64,000 nt of DNA from a virus (IMGVR_UViG_3300020048_000029:1-64000); one strand, 5' to 3'; numbered from the stretch's first letter, positions 37,907-51,237 are shown. The notes: generated by a model not told the origin, from the letters alone. Made by a program: numbers and translations.

Positions 37907-38230
37907 TTATAACTTAGATTTTATCGCATTGAACAGAGATTTCAAAGAACCTCTAACTCCGAGAGGTTTTGCCTCTTTGATAAAATCTCCTGTGACTGCT
38001 CTGGTCAAGTAGTTTATCGATTTCTGAAGCTCTTTGCGCCAGTCCTCTCCAGCTTTCTCGCCAGCTCTGTTCATGTGTTTCATTGCAAGAACCACATTTG
38101 TCCGAGGGATTGTTGGGATTGCAGTGTTGAGAGCAATCGATTCCATCATCTTGATGGTTTCAATTTTTCCACTTCCAGCAGCCTCAGCAGCTCTTTGAGC
38201 TGCATAGTGGTCGTCACTCTTATTCATCAT
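37907..38230 (-). CDS. DUF3310-like (T7 gp1.7-type) protein
   Basis: HY...IETI...KHMNRAGEK...ELQKSINYL. Confidence 0.55.
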   Translation of the reverse strand: MMNKSDDHYAAQRAAEAAGSGKIETIKMMESIALNTAIPTIPRTNVVLAMKHMNRAGEKAGEDWRKELQKSINYLTRAVTGDFIKEAKPLGVRGSLKSLFNAIKSKL

Positions 38231-39549
38231 TCTGGCTCAGCCTTTCCGAGTATTATGTACTCACCAATGTTAAAACCTTCTTTAGCGTAAATTCTGTCAA
38301 TAAGACTAGATGCAACTCTTGTCATAATGTCAGAGTACACAAAGTGTGCTCCGAGACCTGTACGAAGTTCGATCTCATAAATGATCTTATCAAGGGATGA
38401 CATGTGTGTAAAGTCAACAGTATTCCCAAGAAGTCTCGTGTAAACACTGTGAACTTTTTCATTAAACAGTGACAGTCTTTCGATAAAGTCTTCACTGAAC
38501 GAAACTTCTTCCGGTACGTAGAATCCATTAGAATATGAGAACTCAGCTATCTTAGATCCGCTTCTGTGCCGGTTAAGATCGCGAAGCTCAGCTATTGGAA
38601 GTCCTGTAATCTTGTACGACGCTGTTGAAAGAGAAAGAGATCTTTCTGTAAAGCTGTATCTGTCTTTCTTCCCTACAAACGACGCATGCACCAATGGGAA
38701 GAATGGGGAGTTGAAATCGGTGTCGATTTCAATGTCTTTCGTATCAACCTTATGTGTAGCCATGTGGTCGCTATAGTCTGAAGTTTCACCTTCTGCAACA
38801 GTAAGAGACGCTTCGTCTGGGAACGTGTGCTTAACAAGGCGAGGAGCGAACTTAGAAAGCTCTTTGCGACATTCATCCGCGATTTGAACAAGCTCTGGGA
38901 ACTCTGTAAAAGACGCCAACATCTTGATAACTCTCGACCATTCACGGGCGTTCATTATGTAAGCCGCAGATGTTTTTGTAGCGAAAGGAATGTAGTACCT
39001 GGCACGGTCAAGTGCGTAGTTCTTAAGCATTCTCTCTCTGACCTTAGGACTTACATCTTCAGGAATTCTTGTGAGCTCAGGATGGTTTGTCGCAAGCCTG
39101 TCGAGCTTGTTGTACTCATTGTTGTAAATCGAGAACGCCTCTGTCATAAGAGAGGTCCACTCTTCACAATGCTCTTCAGGAATTCCGATCTCTCTCGGGT
39201 CAGGAAGCGATGTTGCATCAAGTTTGATGTAACGAGTGCTTGATTCCTGTCCGTCAACGAGCTGGGCAATATCGAAGATTTTGTAAGCAGCGAACATTGT
39301 CAACCCATCGATCGCGATCGGAATTGACCCCGTCAAACCTCCGATTGAAGCATGGCCATAATCGATCATTTTGAAAATCGCGTCAACTGACTTATCCGGG
39401 TTATCCCAGTCGATTTTACCCATGATTGTTTCGAGGCCTTCGTTTGATCTGCTGTACTTGGCAAGGCAGCTTGCAAGGAGCTCTGGCGTGGCCTTTGGGG
39501 AGTCCTCAGCAGATGTTGGTGGCACGATAGCAATTGCTGTAATTTTCAT
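38227..39549 (-). CDS. thyX: Flavin-dependent thymidylate synthase, long form
   Basis: YGHASIG, QESSTRY, ARYYIPFAT, RDLNRHR. Confidence 0.8.
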   Translation of the reverse strand: MKITAIAIVPPTSAEDSPKATPELLASCLAKYSRSNEGLETIMGKIDWDNPDKSVDAIFKMIDYGHASIGGLTGSIPIAIDGLTMFAAYKIFDIAQLVDGQESSTRYIKLDATSLPDPREIGIPEEHCEEWTSLMTEAFSIYNNEYNKLDRLATNHPELTRIPEDVSPKVRERMLKNYALDRARYYIPFATKTSAAYIMNAREWSRVIKMLASFTEFPELVQIADECRKELSKFAPRLVKHTFPDEASLTVAEGETSDYSDHMATHKVDTKDIEIDTDFNSPFFPLVHASFVGKKDRYSFTERSLSLSTASYKITGLPIAELRDLNRHRSGSKIAEFSYSNGFYVPEEVSFSEDFIERLSLFNEKVHSVYTRLLGNTVDFTHMSSLDKIIYEIELRTGLGAHFVYSDIMTRVASSLIDRIYAKEGFNIGEYIILGKAEPE

Positions 39550-39605
39550 TTTTCCTCCGAGTTTGGAATATAGGTTGGGTTACATTATAACCGCAACCCA
39601 CTTGT

Positions 39606-42035
39606 TTATTTGATACGTTTTTTGAATTCTTCAGAGTTTCCGTACTTTGCTGTAATCAAAGACTTAACTCTGATATTGTCCTTGAAAATAATAGCTCTGA
39701 TGAGCTCTTCACAGAACTCTTTGAGATCGAGATTATCTGCCGGAAACAGCATTGTATTTTCGCACTTTAGATAGAGAGTAACTATCTCATCAAAATGGTC
39801 TTCTCTTTTAGAATCGACGCATTTATTGAAATAGTCCATTACAAGTCTGACCCTATGCAGGGTCTCAAATTTCCCTTTGTCATGTTGCATTTTATCTCCT
39901 TAAAAGAATCACAGTTCTGTCATCATAATCAATCCAAAATTTGTTGCCATCTCCAACAACTTTGAATGCTTTTGTGTATCTGAAAATATCTCTCAAATCA
40001 AGATTAATTGAATTGAAATTGTACTCGGTATCTGACACTTTGTACCCGTTAATTCTAACTTCATTGTTTGAAATAACGACGTAGTAATTTGAGTTCTCCC
40101 ACAAATCATATCTTCCAGTTGCGTCAATACTAAAAGACATATCTTCAACTCTTTTAGGTATGTGGCGCATCTCAAACGAAAGGCTTGACTCCTTGTTCTC
40201 AAAAGTAAACCCTTTTGTGGTGTATAAGCTCCCATCAAATTTACCTTCGCAAGACACTACCTGAACTATGCCATTTGGCATCCAGACATCTTCATAAAGC
40301 TCAAGGCCGTGCTTGAAAATCTTTACGAAGTAATCAGATGCTGCGTAAGCATATCCATCGGTGTTGAAGATAATTCCTCTTTCAGTATCGCGACACCACC
40401 TAATGTTCTTCGCAGCTCTCTTTGAAATTTGGATATTCAACTTCACCATCCTCCCACTTTATCACAGGGACGCCTTTTTTCCATGACAGAATCCCTTTTA
40501 CGCCGTCAATTTCGAACAACCCGGTAGGTTCATCAACTTCAAAGTCTTCATCAACGATGTAGTCGCTGCACAGCTTTTCGAGATCTTCGTCCTTCATAGA
40601 AGGGAAAATCTCTCTTGCGCTGTGAATAAGGTTTGAGAGCCTTAGGGCTCTCTTGCCTTCTGAGTTGTTAAAGTAGACTGCATTGTAAATCCTATTCTTC
40701 AATAGCCCTCCAGAATAATCCAAACTTACTTGCCATCTTGTGACCTCCACTGTACTCAACAACTTTGTCTGCCGGTCTGATAGTGTTCATCACATTGTGA
40801 AGTCCAGTACTTCTTATCCCGTTGTACCCGTAAACATGTCTACTGCTAGACCAGTTTATCACAATCCTGATATCAAAGCTGTATATGTCAACCCAGAAGC
40901 AAATTCCTTTGTACATAAACCTGATGTAAACCCAGTCTTTTTGGACCGACATTTTTAACAGGAGGCCTTTGAAACTCTTTCCGTCTAAACTGTCTTTAGG
41001 AAACTCTTCTGCATTCAAAAGAGCCCAATTGACAATATCCTCTGGCTTTGATAATGTCTTACAGTTGACGTACCAAGGATCTGCTCCTGGCCTGATATCA
41101 GTTACGAAAGGAACATTGTAAGATCTTGCGATTTTAGCCTGCTCCTCCTTTTTAATATCAAGCTCCTTAGCTTTCTCAGCTCGGCTTACTATCACATCGA
41201 GTTCTTCACTTGTCAGGATGGAATTTCCATTCATTGCCAACTACCTTGTAATATCCGTTTATGTTTCCAAAACCTTTTACAGGAATAACTTCTCCTGTGG
41301 CGAATTCAACGAAAGCTGTGCCATTTCTTCCTTCTACTCGGATAACTTTGCAGTTAAACATGTCAAGAAATTCTCCGAGCTTCCGGTTGACATGGATGAA
41401 CTTCTTGTTGAACTCATCTACGTCTCTGACGTAGTATTTACCATCTCTTTCGTAGATAACCATTTTCGAACTTTCGTCCAAGTTAACAATTCTGTACAAA
41501 GAGTTGTTTTTGATATTCATTGCGCAGCCTGCTATTAGGCTCTTAAGGAATTTCTTTGATATGATGGCAGAGTAGCAAGTGTCAACTTCAACTTCAACTT
41601 CTCTGTTGCGATCATTGTACACGATCGTTACAAGTTCTCCGCAGCCATTCGTAGCATTTATAGCATCATCTGCAATAAGGTAATTCATGAGCATCTCCAA
41701 ATCATTCCGGTTGAAAGTTCGATTAAGTACTTTGTTTTGACATGTCTTATTTCAATATCAGCAGACACGAATCCGTTTATCTCAGGGCCCCACTCAATAT
41801 CCCACAGCTCTCTGAGAGTTACCATTGCATCTTCATGCCCGATGCATTCAACCCACGCTTGATACGCACTGGTAAAAACGTCCTTTGTGTAGACAAGTTT
41901 TATGAGTGAGTCATTGCAGATCACGCTTGTGTTGTAGTACTCTTCAGGGCTGTTTCCGTGTTTTTCTTTAAAGGCTTCCTCTGACATTGAGAGGAAGTCT
42001 TTCATGATTGATTCGCTATGCAAATAATTATTCAT
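39606..42035 (-). other. Hypothetical genes (39606-39890, 39892-40449, 40400-40762, 40692-41240, 41206-41700, 41685-42035)
   Basis: Overlapping co-oriented ORFs. Confidence 0.6.
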
Positions 42036-42562
42036 TTTAAGCCTAATTTCTTATTGAGTTCATTATTGTTAAGTGCAGGCAAGTACGGGTTTGGAGCGTC
42101 TTTGTCGCAGATTGATTTTACAACGTCAGATATTTCTGGCCACGCATCGATAAGAGATTTGTCAGTTTGGAAGGCGTTAAGTCTCGATCTTACTTCTTGC
42201 CTTGTTCTTATAATTTCTTGGTTAAGATTATCGATATGAAGAGTTATTGCTTCAAGCTCTTTTGTAAGAGCTTTGTTGCATCTTATTACAGTTACATTTC
42301 TTGGGAGCAAGAGGCCTTTTGAAACTGTAATTGTGAACCCTCTATTGCCATGCTCGTCTCTTATCTGAATGCCGCGGAGAACTGAGTACCACTTGTCACC
42401 GATAGCTTCAACAGCTTCGGTTTCACTTTTAGGATACACCGACTCGTAGACTTTTATCGCGAACTTATCTTTAATTCCATCGATAATCCGCTCGTTCTCT
42501 TCTACAATAGGACTCATTAACTTTTTCTGTATCAAGTCTTTTTTCACTTGAGAAATTTTCAT
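42032..42562 (-). CDS. Nmad5-like phage protein
   Basis: Coiled coil followed by TDKSLIDAWPE motif. Confidence 0.5.
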   Translation of the reverse strand: MKISQVKKDLIQKKLMSPIVEENERIIDGIKDKFAIKVYESVYPKSETEAVEAIGDKWYSVLRGIQIRDEHGNRGFTITVSKGLLLPRNVTVIRCNKALTKELEAITLHIDNLNQEIIRTRQEVRSRLNAFQTDKSLIDAWPEISDVVKSICDKDAPNPYLPALNNNELNKKLGLK

Positions 42563-45500
42563 CTATTCAACCATTCTGTAGTATTCTACTCTTAAACCAA
42601 CAACTTCTTTTTCAACTTTTACAATTTGCCCACTTCGAAAGACTCTTGCGACTGAGTACAGCGTGTCATCGATTGCAACCAAGTCCCATTCAGGCAGATC
42701 GATTTTGCATGTGTGAATGAGCTTTGACTTTACACATCTTTCAAGTATTTCATCAGCTCTTTCCATCAGGTCTGTGTCCATGTGGGAACCAACAATTCTT
42801 ACGATGTAATCAACAGCGTCTTGAATTATTGGGATGCCTTTACTCTCGACTCTAAGCTCTAATCCTGAAGCGAATTTAACGTCATGGAATGATCTTAGTA
42901 TCTCCATGGTACACCTCCAGATTGTCCTTATTGGAGAGGTTGATATAACTCTCGTCTACACACCCCATAGGCTTTCTTCCGCTTGAAACGAAAGATGCGT
43001 ATCTGAACGCGGAAAGGACATTGTAAATGTCAGTATCAAGCCTGGTGTTAACCTCTACATCCGACTTGATTATGTCATACTGCCCCATTTGGGCTCGCAT
43101 GTATATATCAAGAGCCTTCGCGACTATTGCCGATTGACCAGGAGTCATTTTTACTGTTATCAATTTCATACTTTTCCATCTCCTTCTTTGTCTTCTTGAA
43201 CACCCTGCCCTTCTCTGAGACTATTGTGTAAACTCCACTAAGGATGCTTGTCACCTTGAACTTAGCTGTTTTACTCTTTACAATAGATCCTATAGGGAAC
43301 TCGTCGTATGGTATCACGACAAGCTTAACGGTACCGGTCTGCTGACCACCTTTGTCGAATTTGAAGTCGTACCACTTGCTCAAATTATCAACTTCAGGAT
43401 TTACCGAAGTCTCATAATCCCACCCGATAGATTCGCAGATGATCTTGAACTTCTCCTTCTCTTCCCCGAGTCTTCCTAACTCTGCCGCAGCCTCGAGCAG
43501 TAGCTGGGCAAACAGAACTTTAAACCAGTTATCCGCGAGTCTGTACCCAGGGATTATGTCTCTGCTGTGCTTTGAGAACTTCGTAGCTTTCGCATCACAT
43601 TCAACAAGTGAATCGAAGCTTCGGTACTTAAAAAAGTCCGCTGCCATATCGTATCCCATCTCATTACAAGCATACTGAATACTATGCTTTTTTAACATAG
43701 CAAGATATCCACTAACCTTCTTCATGTTTCTCCTTTTAAAAAGCCCGGATTTTACACCGGGCAATATTACAGTTCAGACGCAAACTCAGACAATGCAGTT
43801 AACTCTGCCGGAGTGAAAAAGTTTTTCATATCGATATACGACTTGTTGACAACTCTATAAAGATCAAGGTGCTTTATCGAGTCATTATCGTACCCGAACT
43901 CTGAGCAGAAGTCTTCGAATTTACCGGGATCCAAGTACTGTAAGCACGACACAATATCTCTAAGGCCTGGCGTCTTAGGCGGTATTCTGACCATCTCTCC
44001 AATCGCTGTACCCCAGTTTCTCAACCTCTTATTTGAGTCACAGAGCATATCTCCATTAAGCTTGAAGATCTTTCCGAAGTACCTGCTTTTTCTGAATTTC
44101 CCAGCATCAATAAGTCTTCTGATCGCTGAGCCATCGAAAAGATCAATCATCTTCATGTAGAACAAGCTACCATCATTAATACTTTGCCCAAATTCAATCG
44201 AGAAGGTCTTTGTGTTACCTCTCGTGAACCTTATGTGAAAAATATCTCGGAACGTTTCCTCTTCCCTCCTAAGAAAAGGGCTGCTTATGTCAATATTGAC
44301 ATCAGGCGGCATTGGAACTGTTTGGTCCATGTCTTTGCATTTCATCGACAACTTCCTTTACGAAACAAATTACTTGCCCACACTTATGCTTGTGGCCAGC
44401 CCAGTCGTCCCAGTCTCTTATATCGTTCGAGTAATACGATGCGAACCCGTCACAACTTGTGTACCGCTCTTTAATAAAAAAAGACCAAGCACTTTCGTGC
44501 TCGGCCAATATTTTATCAATAGCTTCTTCATCAAATCTTACCGTAACATAGATCTCATCTCCACAAACGCTATAATCCTTTGATCGGACTATCTTTTCGA
44601 GTCTAACTGATATCAGGCCAGGGATTGAAGCCTGGCTACAAGCTTCTACCGCCTGCCTTCTCGTTACCTGCAGCCCATAATCCCCTGGCAGCCAGGTTTT
44701 CAATACTGGACCAAGCATGTGACACCTCCATGTCGCTACAATCAACAACTGAACCATCTGGGCAAATGACCTTGTCTTCACCCTTTTTAGCTATGTACAT
44801 TCCTTTTCCAACTCTTAGAAGGTCGAGGAAGAACGAGAGTGATCCACCGAGTTCGGCACGCTTCTTTACCAGGTAAAGCCGCGCTTTGATGTTCGGGATT
44901 ATCGACATTATTTCGTCATGGTGCATTACCATGTCTGGGTACAAAAGGTAGTCTTTACCTGTGTAACCTTCAGGTCGCTTGATACGGGTTAGCTCCATAT
45001 AATTTCCTCGTAGTCTTCCTCGATATGGGATTTTACCTTTCCATGAAGTGGAAGAGGGCTTGACTCTAATTCTTCAATACAATCTTCTTCTTCGACTATG
45101 ATTGCATTTGAGTGAATGACGATATTCATCGGAAGCCCATCTCTGTAGAACTTCTTTCCGAAAAGGAAACATTTTTTTGTTGTTGTAAATGCTCTCGTTC
45201 TTATCACTGCCTCATCAGTGTGAAGTACGGAGTTGACACCATTCATCGTTACAATAACATTCATCTTAATCCTCCATGGATTTTTTTAATAGTTTAAAAA
45301 GTAGCCTTCATAATAGTTATTCCTGCATATTGCTTTCAATAACAGAAACCACATTTCTTGCAGAGTATGATAGATTGTTCAAAGTTCTCAAAAGCTCCTC
45401 ATTTTCCTTGAGGAGTCTTTCGTTTTCAGTCGTAAGCATTGCTATCGATTCCATGTAAATTGCATAGTCTTTATCGACCATCTTGATAGCATTCGCCGAT

Positions 45501-46170
45501 CTCTTTGTAAGGATTTCTTCGGCAGCGTCAGGGTTAAGGATTAGGCCTACGAATAGATCTCGCAATCCACCTGATGTGTCGATAGTAATCGAAAGGAACG
45601 GGAGTGTTATCATTCTGTAGTTAACTCCGTACACATTTGTGAAGACTCTGTTGTTGAACGCTATCTTCGGGATGAATTCAAAGAAGACCTTCTTACCCAA
45701 AGATAACCTCATTGAATAAGTGAATTTGCATACAAGTGTCAAGCACCTCAGAGTCCCAACTACAAGGGTCTTCGTAGTCATAATTTCCGTACAAGAAGAT
45801 TTGGTCTGTTTCCACCATCTCAATGAACTTTTCAACTGTTTTTGCAAACTCTTTAGCAGTAACTGTTGCGTCTACAATAACACCTTCCCGGTTTTCGTGA
45901 CGGAAATCGTAAGAGCCATTTTCGTAATCGTAACCAACGCACCGGATCCAATGGCTTGAATATTCCGGGTAGTTTTGCAAAACCTCAGTAGCAAGTGATA
46001 TGGTATCCATCTTCATCCACCTCATCATTAAGTAAAAGTTTTTCGTAAATGTGCTCAGGTAAAATATCTTTCAACTGTGTCAAGCTGAAGTCACCACACG
46101 AGTCAGGACAATCATAGTCATCGTGCCATGTGTATGTCAGCCAACAATCCTTGTCAAACTCGCCCAACAT
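42563..46170 (-). other. Hypothetical genes (42563-42907, 42882-43169, 43108-43764, 43767-44351, 44302-44781, 44636-44998, 44989-45264, 45317-45847, 45693-46028, 45985-46170)
   Basis: Overlapping co-oriented ORFs; several starts uncertain. Confidence 0.55.
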
Positions 46171-46505
46171 ACGTCCTCTATCTTTTCGTAGTACTTCTTA
46201 CCCTCGATACCGAAGTTCGGGTCAAACACTTTTATCTCGGAATCTCTAGCATCGATCGCGATACAATGAAGGCCTCCATGATTGTTCAATGAAGGAACAG
46301 TGGCAACGTACTTGTAGCCATAGTTAAGTTCATTGTATTCCTCTTGCTGACTGAAGAACCCAAGTTTGTCAAGAGCTTCAACTTCATCACGCTTGTTTGC
46401 CGGAGACGGGCAGATCTTTAGAACTGTCTCAATATCTTTACCGGTTACCATTGCAATGCTTGCTGCAACACATGATGAGTCACAGATTTGATTTACAAGT
46501 CTCAT
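46137..46505 (-). CDS. Peptidase C39-like papain-fold protein
   Basis: Q..DSSCVAASIAMV ... LHCIAID ... VFDPN. Confidence 0.65.
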   Translation of the reverse strand: MRLVNQICDSSCVAASIAMVTGKDIETVLKICPSPANKRDEVEALDKLGFFSQQEEYNELNYGYKYVATVPSLNNHGGLHCIAIDARDSEIKVFDPNFGIEGKKYYEKIEDVCWASLTRIVG

Positions 46506-47416
46506 ACTCTTTCCATCCAGTGATAAAGGTCGATAAAAAGCTGTCCTCTCTGCAATCCGGGAACACTTTTGCAGATGTTGAAGTCGTAATCCTCATCTAC
46601 AATAAAGCTAGAGCATAGCGTCTCTATCTTGTTTGAGCCTTCTCTTTTTACAACAAGGAATGGAGCAGTTTTAACATCTCCTGCTATCCCAACAATAGTC
46701 AGACCATCACTTGTAACCGCACCTCTGAATGCATCCATGACCCCAACTGATTGAGGGCAGATATCAATCTTAACCATTCACTTCCTCTACTTTCGCTCCG
46801 TTTTTATTTAGGCACACAGCATTCGCTGATTCAACATCATCAAACCTGTGTGCCTCGCCTTTGTTCAAAGTTACAACTGTAAAATTTCTTTCGCTTGTTA
46901 CATAATAAGGGCCGATGCTTACAATGTGCTTCATTCAAGCCACCTTTTTACAAATCCATTAGAAGTCTTTTTAACGTGCTTTCCGCAGAATGGACAGAAC
47001 GAAATAGGAACTGTTTCAATAGAATCCTGTTGAGATCCATCGAACAAAGTTCCTTCCAATGTAACAGTTGACAAGAACCCGAGTTTTTCAAATTCATCGC
47101 AAGAACAGTATTCTGTTCTGTGAATCTCTTTACCGCAATCAGGACAGAATTTCCACTGTTTATCACTATGTCCATGACTTGTGCATTTGAAAGCTTTTAT
47201 GTTGTTGGCTTCGATCTCACTGTCACTAACGCCGTCTTCAATGTACTTGTAAATAAGGCCTCTTTCGTCTATGAACATATCTGACGAAGCTATTTTAATC
47301 TTAGTTCCGTCAGAAGTCTTGTATCCAGACTTAAGAACACAAGCTATCCTTACCTTGCACACTGGGAGGTCTTTTGACATCAGATATATAACGCTTCCAA
47401 CTTTTAGTTCCATCAC
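46502..47416 (-). other. Hypothetical genes 46502-46777 and 46931-47416 (double Zn-ribbon FCPDCG/FCPFCG)
   Basis: ORF track and Cys motifs. Confidence 0.55.
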
Positions 47417-47475
47417 TAACCTCGTATCTCTTTCTTAATCTTTTGTCTCTTATTACGAATACTTCGTGAGACATT

Positions 47476-47655
47476 TTAACTGCGTTTTCGCTTAACATTC
47501 TTCCTTCTCAACACCCAATACTTTACTGTTAAATCGTTTGGCGCTTTGTATACCTATGGAATTGCACCACTCAGAAAAAACTCGCCCTTTTTTGGTAGCC
47601 CGAAGCGATCCACAACATACTCAATACCTTTGGCGTCTTTGTACGTCTTATACAT
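47476..47655 (-). pseudogene. Small phage gene interrupted by an in-frame TAG
   Basis: MYKTYKD...PKKGEFFLSGAIP*VYKAPNDLTVKY...; TAG at 47554-47556. Confidence 0.5.
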
Positions 47656-48940
47656 GCTCAAGCTCTCCAGGGTAAATAGTTCCGATGGTATCAACAAGCA
47701 CCATCATACCTCTTACATCTACAACAGTGCCTTCTGTGTCACTGTTTCTGCAAAGTACTTTATCACCAACTTTAAATGTTGTAAAAATTGCATGTTTATC
47801 GATAGTGTCTCTTATCAATCTCTCTGCAAATTCTACGGAGTTGGCCTTCATATAAACAACAGTGACGCTATCTAAAACTGCCATTTGTTCACATCTCTTT
47901 CCATCATAGATTTAATGTTGTGCTTAGTGTAATACGGAGTAGAACACTCCTTCTCAAGAGCCATGTGAATAGCCGCGGTTATCGAGTGGCCGATAGCCTT
48001 TGGCCTTTCACCTACCCATGAGTCTCCGTCAAACACGACTTCGAGAGTAAAGTCGCTTTCCAACCTGTAGACAACCACTTTGTACCCGTCACTTGCTGTA
48101 ACATGGAACCCAGGGTTGAAAGGAAGAAGAGCGTGCCTACCATTAACACTATCGAACACAGAAATGGCAGGCAGCGCGAAGCCGCCTCCATTCGATATTA
48201 TGATTGCCTGGCCATTGCCACCAAATTCATAAGCGGCAGACCCGCCATTATGAGTTTGGATTATCTCTAAGCGCATTTATGATAGACCTTCCCAGCCCTT
48301 CGACCATTTCAATGTCTTTAAAAGGAGGCAAGAGACTTGCGCCGGCACCTCCAGGAAGAGTAAGGAAATTTTCACACACTCTTGGACCAATTGACGACGT
48401 TATCATACATTTTGCAATGTAACCAGCGCTCTCAACCGGTGAAATCCCGTACTCCATAACCATGCTGTTAAGGAACTCTTCAATTACAGCTTCAATCGAC
48501 TCGACTGCTTCATCATAGTTAGTGGAAGGGCCTTCTGGTTTAGTCTTAGACACAAAATCGAGCAGCTTCTCGTTAATGAACTTCTGATCTCTGTATCTTG
48601 TTATCTTCTTCCCAATCTCTGTATTAACCGGGAAGTTAGAATCCTTGCTTGACATAAGATCAGTAAGCATAGTATGGTTATCAGAAGCTATGTAAGATGC
48701 CATTCTAACGAGCTCGATTGGTCTAACGCTGCCTAATTGTGGAATCTCTGATGCTATGAATAACATCGCAGCACACTCATCAGACATAGCTTCTACATTC
48801 CAGTCAACTATCGCGTTGGCGTTTCTTCCATCGAGCAACATCATTTCACAGACATACTCAGTCTGGTCGATCATTAGTGCATTAGCAATAGCAGCTCTAA
48901 CGCTAAGATCTTCTTTAAGTTTTCCAATAAACTCTTTCAT
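47648..48940 (-). other. Hypothetical genes 47648-47884, 47872-48276, 48248-48940
   Basis: Coupled ORFs. Confidence 0.6.
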
Positions 48941-51237
48941 ACCAAACCCTCCATAAAATACTTGAGATTAAATTTTTTAATAAACTCAGGATCCTTGCTC
49001 TTCTTAATCAAATCAATGAGCTTGACATCCTGTATAATTGTAAGACCACTATCATCATCTGACCGCATCACACGACCGTACATCTGAATCACATTCATCC
49101 AGATTATCCTGTCAAGGAATGTTGGATCATTCGATAGACGCTTCTTCACATACGGATCGCCCATATAAGGTATCGGGCTTTTAACTATGATCTGGGCTCT
49201 CGCGCGATCGCCTTTGAAGTCAACTCCCTCGGTAAGAGACGGAGAGAATATCACAACACCTTTACCGAGCGACTGGTTCAGAGCAGCCTCTTTTGTAAAA
49301 GGCTTTATGAACTGCTTAGTCGGGCCATTTCTCAATGGAGAGTTGTCGTTCAAGTGGAAGACAAATTTACCTGGAACATAGTTAGGTAAATTCTCCGCGA
49401 GCAGCTTCACGATTTTAAAACTATTGCAGTGAACAAGCACGTTGCCATGTGTCATAGCTTCGTCAATGTTTCCGGCAGTAATTTCTGCGAACTTTTTACA
49501 GTTCGACTCGTAAAGATACCTTCCATTCTGGCCCTTCCTTGACATGTCAAACGTCTTGTCCGCGGCTTTGATCGGTCGCTTTGCCTTGTCGAATGTAGAT
49601 TCGATTTTGACAACACCAATCTTCTCGCGGCTATCATCTCCGTAGAGTACGCCGATCTCTCTCAAAGTGCTCTCCCACCCAATCCAAGTACCAGTGCTTA
49701 ACACAATGATCTTTGAGCTCGAGTAGAAGAACTTGTTCATCAGCTTCCCAATATTGTAAGGAGTAAACCTAATACAATCCACCAGGTCACCACGCTTACC
49801 GCTAAGATAATTGAGTCTGAGCTCTTCATACTTTGCTTTGTTATGGCTGACAATGTAATCCCCTTTGTCTGAGTAATTGAAAATCGTTTTGCTCATCGAT
49901 TCAAACACTTCGTTAATGTGAGGAAGGTTGTCCATCTCAACATGGTGAAGCATTTTAGAAATCTCTTTTCTATGAATAGGTTCGACACCATCGAAGAACG
50001 CTTTACTGAACATGTTCGGGCTACCGTTCAAATGATCCTCGATATACTCTCTTGGCATTTTCCCGTTAAGAGTTCCCGCAAGCTTTGCATCGCCAGAAAG
50101 CAGGTTCATCAGAAGAGACCCTTGATCTTTTGCTGTGAACAGCTTGTACATTGCTGCCTCAGCCATTCTCGATGTCACCTTGTAAAGCTCTGTTGCAAGC
50201 TCAGGATGGATTGACCCATGGAAAACATCTACACCAAGCTTTTCAGTGAACTCCTTGTAAGGAACGTCAACTGTGAAGATTCTATGAATCACGTCAGTTA
50301 TCTTATGAGCTTCGTCATAAACGAGAATCTCATGATTTCTTACCTCATCATACACCTTTCCAAGAAGCAGCATGACATCAGGATTCATCACCTTCACATT
50401 AGAGTTTCTCAGGATCGCACGATGAGATTTGATAGGACATTCGCACTCAGAGTGAGAGCACCCAATCTCGGCGTAAAGATCGTTGTCACCTGACAATATC
50501 TCCTTGAAAATGTCTGGCCGCTCTTTAATGAGCTTGTCCGAGAATCCGCTCACTTTTTCAAGCTCGACCGGATTGAACCCATACTTCTTGATAACACCTT
50601 TTATGATGTTCTCAAGCTCTTTCGAATCGCCCACTGTTTTCGTCGTGTCATCGTTTCTACACATTTGAATATCGTACCCATCATACCCGCAAGAGATATC
50701 AGGACGACCAAGACTCTTCGCGTGATTACATGTATAGGCATTTCTGCCTTTAATGTTGTGGAGAGTTGGCCACTCCTCACGCATTAACTGGTCTTGTAGC
50801 TGTTTGAATGGGGTGATATAAGCACCGCCGCCAAACGTTTTGAGAAGAGCGTAGTTAATAGCTGACTTACCTGATCCTACAGGGCCATCTATAATGATGA
50901 ACTTCTTACCTTTGTAAACAAGGTCGATCGCCTCATTAATAGCCTTTACCTGGTTCGGTCTAGGAGTGTGCTTAGGGAAACTCTTTAGAGCAAGCTCCTT
51001 TGCTTCTTCTATAGGGATTCTTTCCTGCTCATCCTTTACCTGCCTTTTGCTTTCGATAAACTTCTGAAAAGCATTTTTTTGGCCTTCTTCTTTTGACACT
51101 ATTACCCTCAATCCTGGTCTTTCAGACCCGTAAATTTTGTAAACCTTATCATTGTTGTTGTTCCAATAAACTTCAAAAAAGAACATGTGTGACCTAATGT
51201 AACTATTGTACAATTGAAAGTGTGATTGTAATATCAC
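48937..51237 (-). CDS. DinG/XPD-like SF2 helicase
   Basis: PRPNQ, GPVGSGKS, KGRNAYTC, YDEAH, LSTGT, EGVDFKGD, QMYGRVMRSDDD. Confidence 0.85.
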   Translation of the reverse strand: MILQSHFQLYNSYIRSHMFFFEVYWNNNNDKVYKIYGSERPGLRVIVSKEEGQKNAFQKFIESKRQVKDEQERIPIEEAKELALKSFPKHTPRPNQVKAINEAIDLVYKGKKFIIIDGPVGSGKSAINYALLKTFGGGAYITPFKQLQDQLMREEWPTLHNIKGRNAYTCNHAKSLGRPDISCGYDGYDIQMCRNDDTTKTVGDSKELENIIKGVIKKYGFNPVELEKVSGFSDKLIKERPDIFKEILSGDNDLYAEIGCSHSECECPIKSHRAILRNSNVKVMNPDVMLLLGKVYDEVRNHEILVYDEAHKITDVIHRIFTVDVPYKEFTEKLGVDVFHGSIHPELATELYKVTSRMAEAAMYKLFTAKDQGSLLMNLLSGDAKLAGTLNGKMPREYIEDHLNGSPNMFSKAFFDGVEPIHRKEISKMLHHVEMDNLPHINEVFESMSKTIFNYSDKGDYIVSHNKAKYEELRLNYLSGKRGDLVDCIRFTPYNIGKLMNKFFYSSSKIIVLSTGTWIGWESTLREIGVLYGDDSREKIGVVKIESTFDKAKRPIKAADKTFDMSRKGQNGRYLYESNCKKFAEITAGNIDEAMTHGNVLVHCNSFKIVKLLAENLPNYVPGKFVFHLNDNSPLRNGPTKQFIKPFTKEAALNQSLGKGVVIFSPSLTEGVDFKGDRARAQIIVKSPIPYMGDPYVKKRLSNDPTFLDRIIWMNVIQMYGRVMRSDDDSGLTIIQDVKLIDLIKKSKDPEFIKKFNLKYFMEGLV

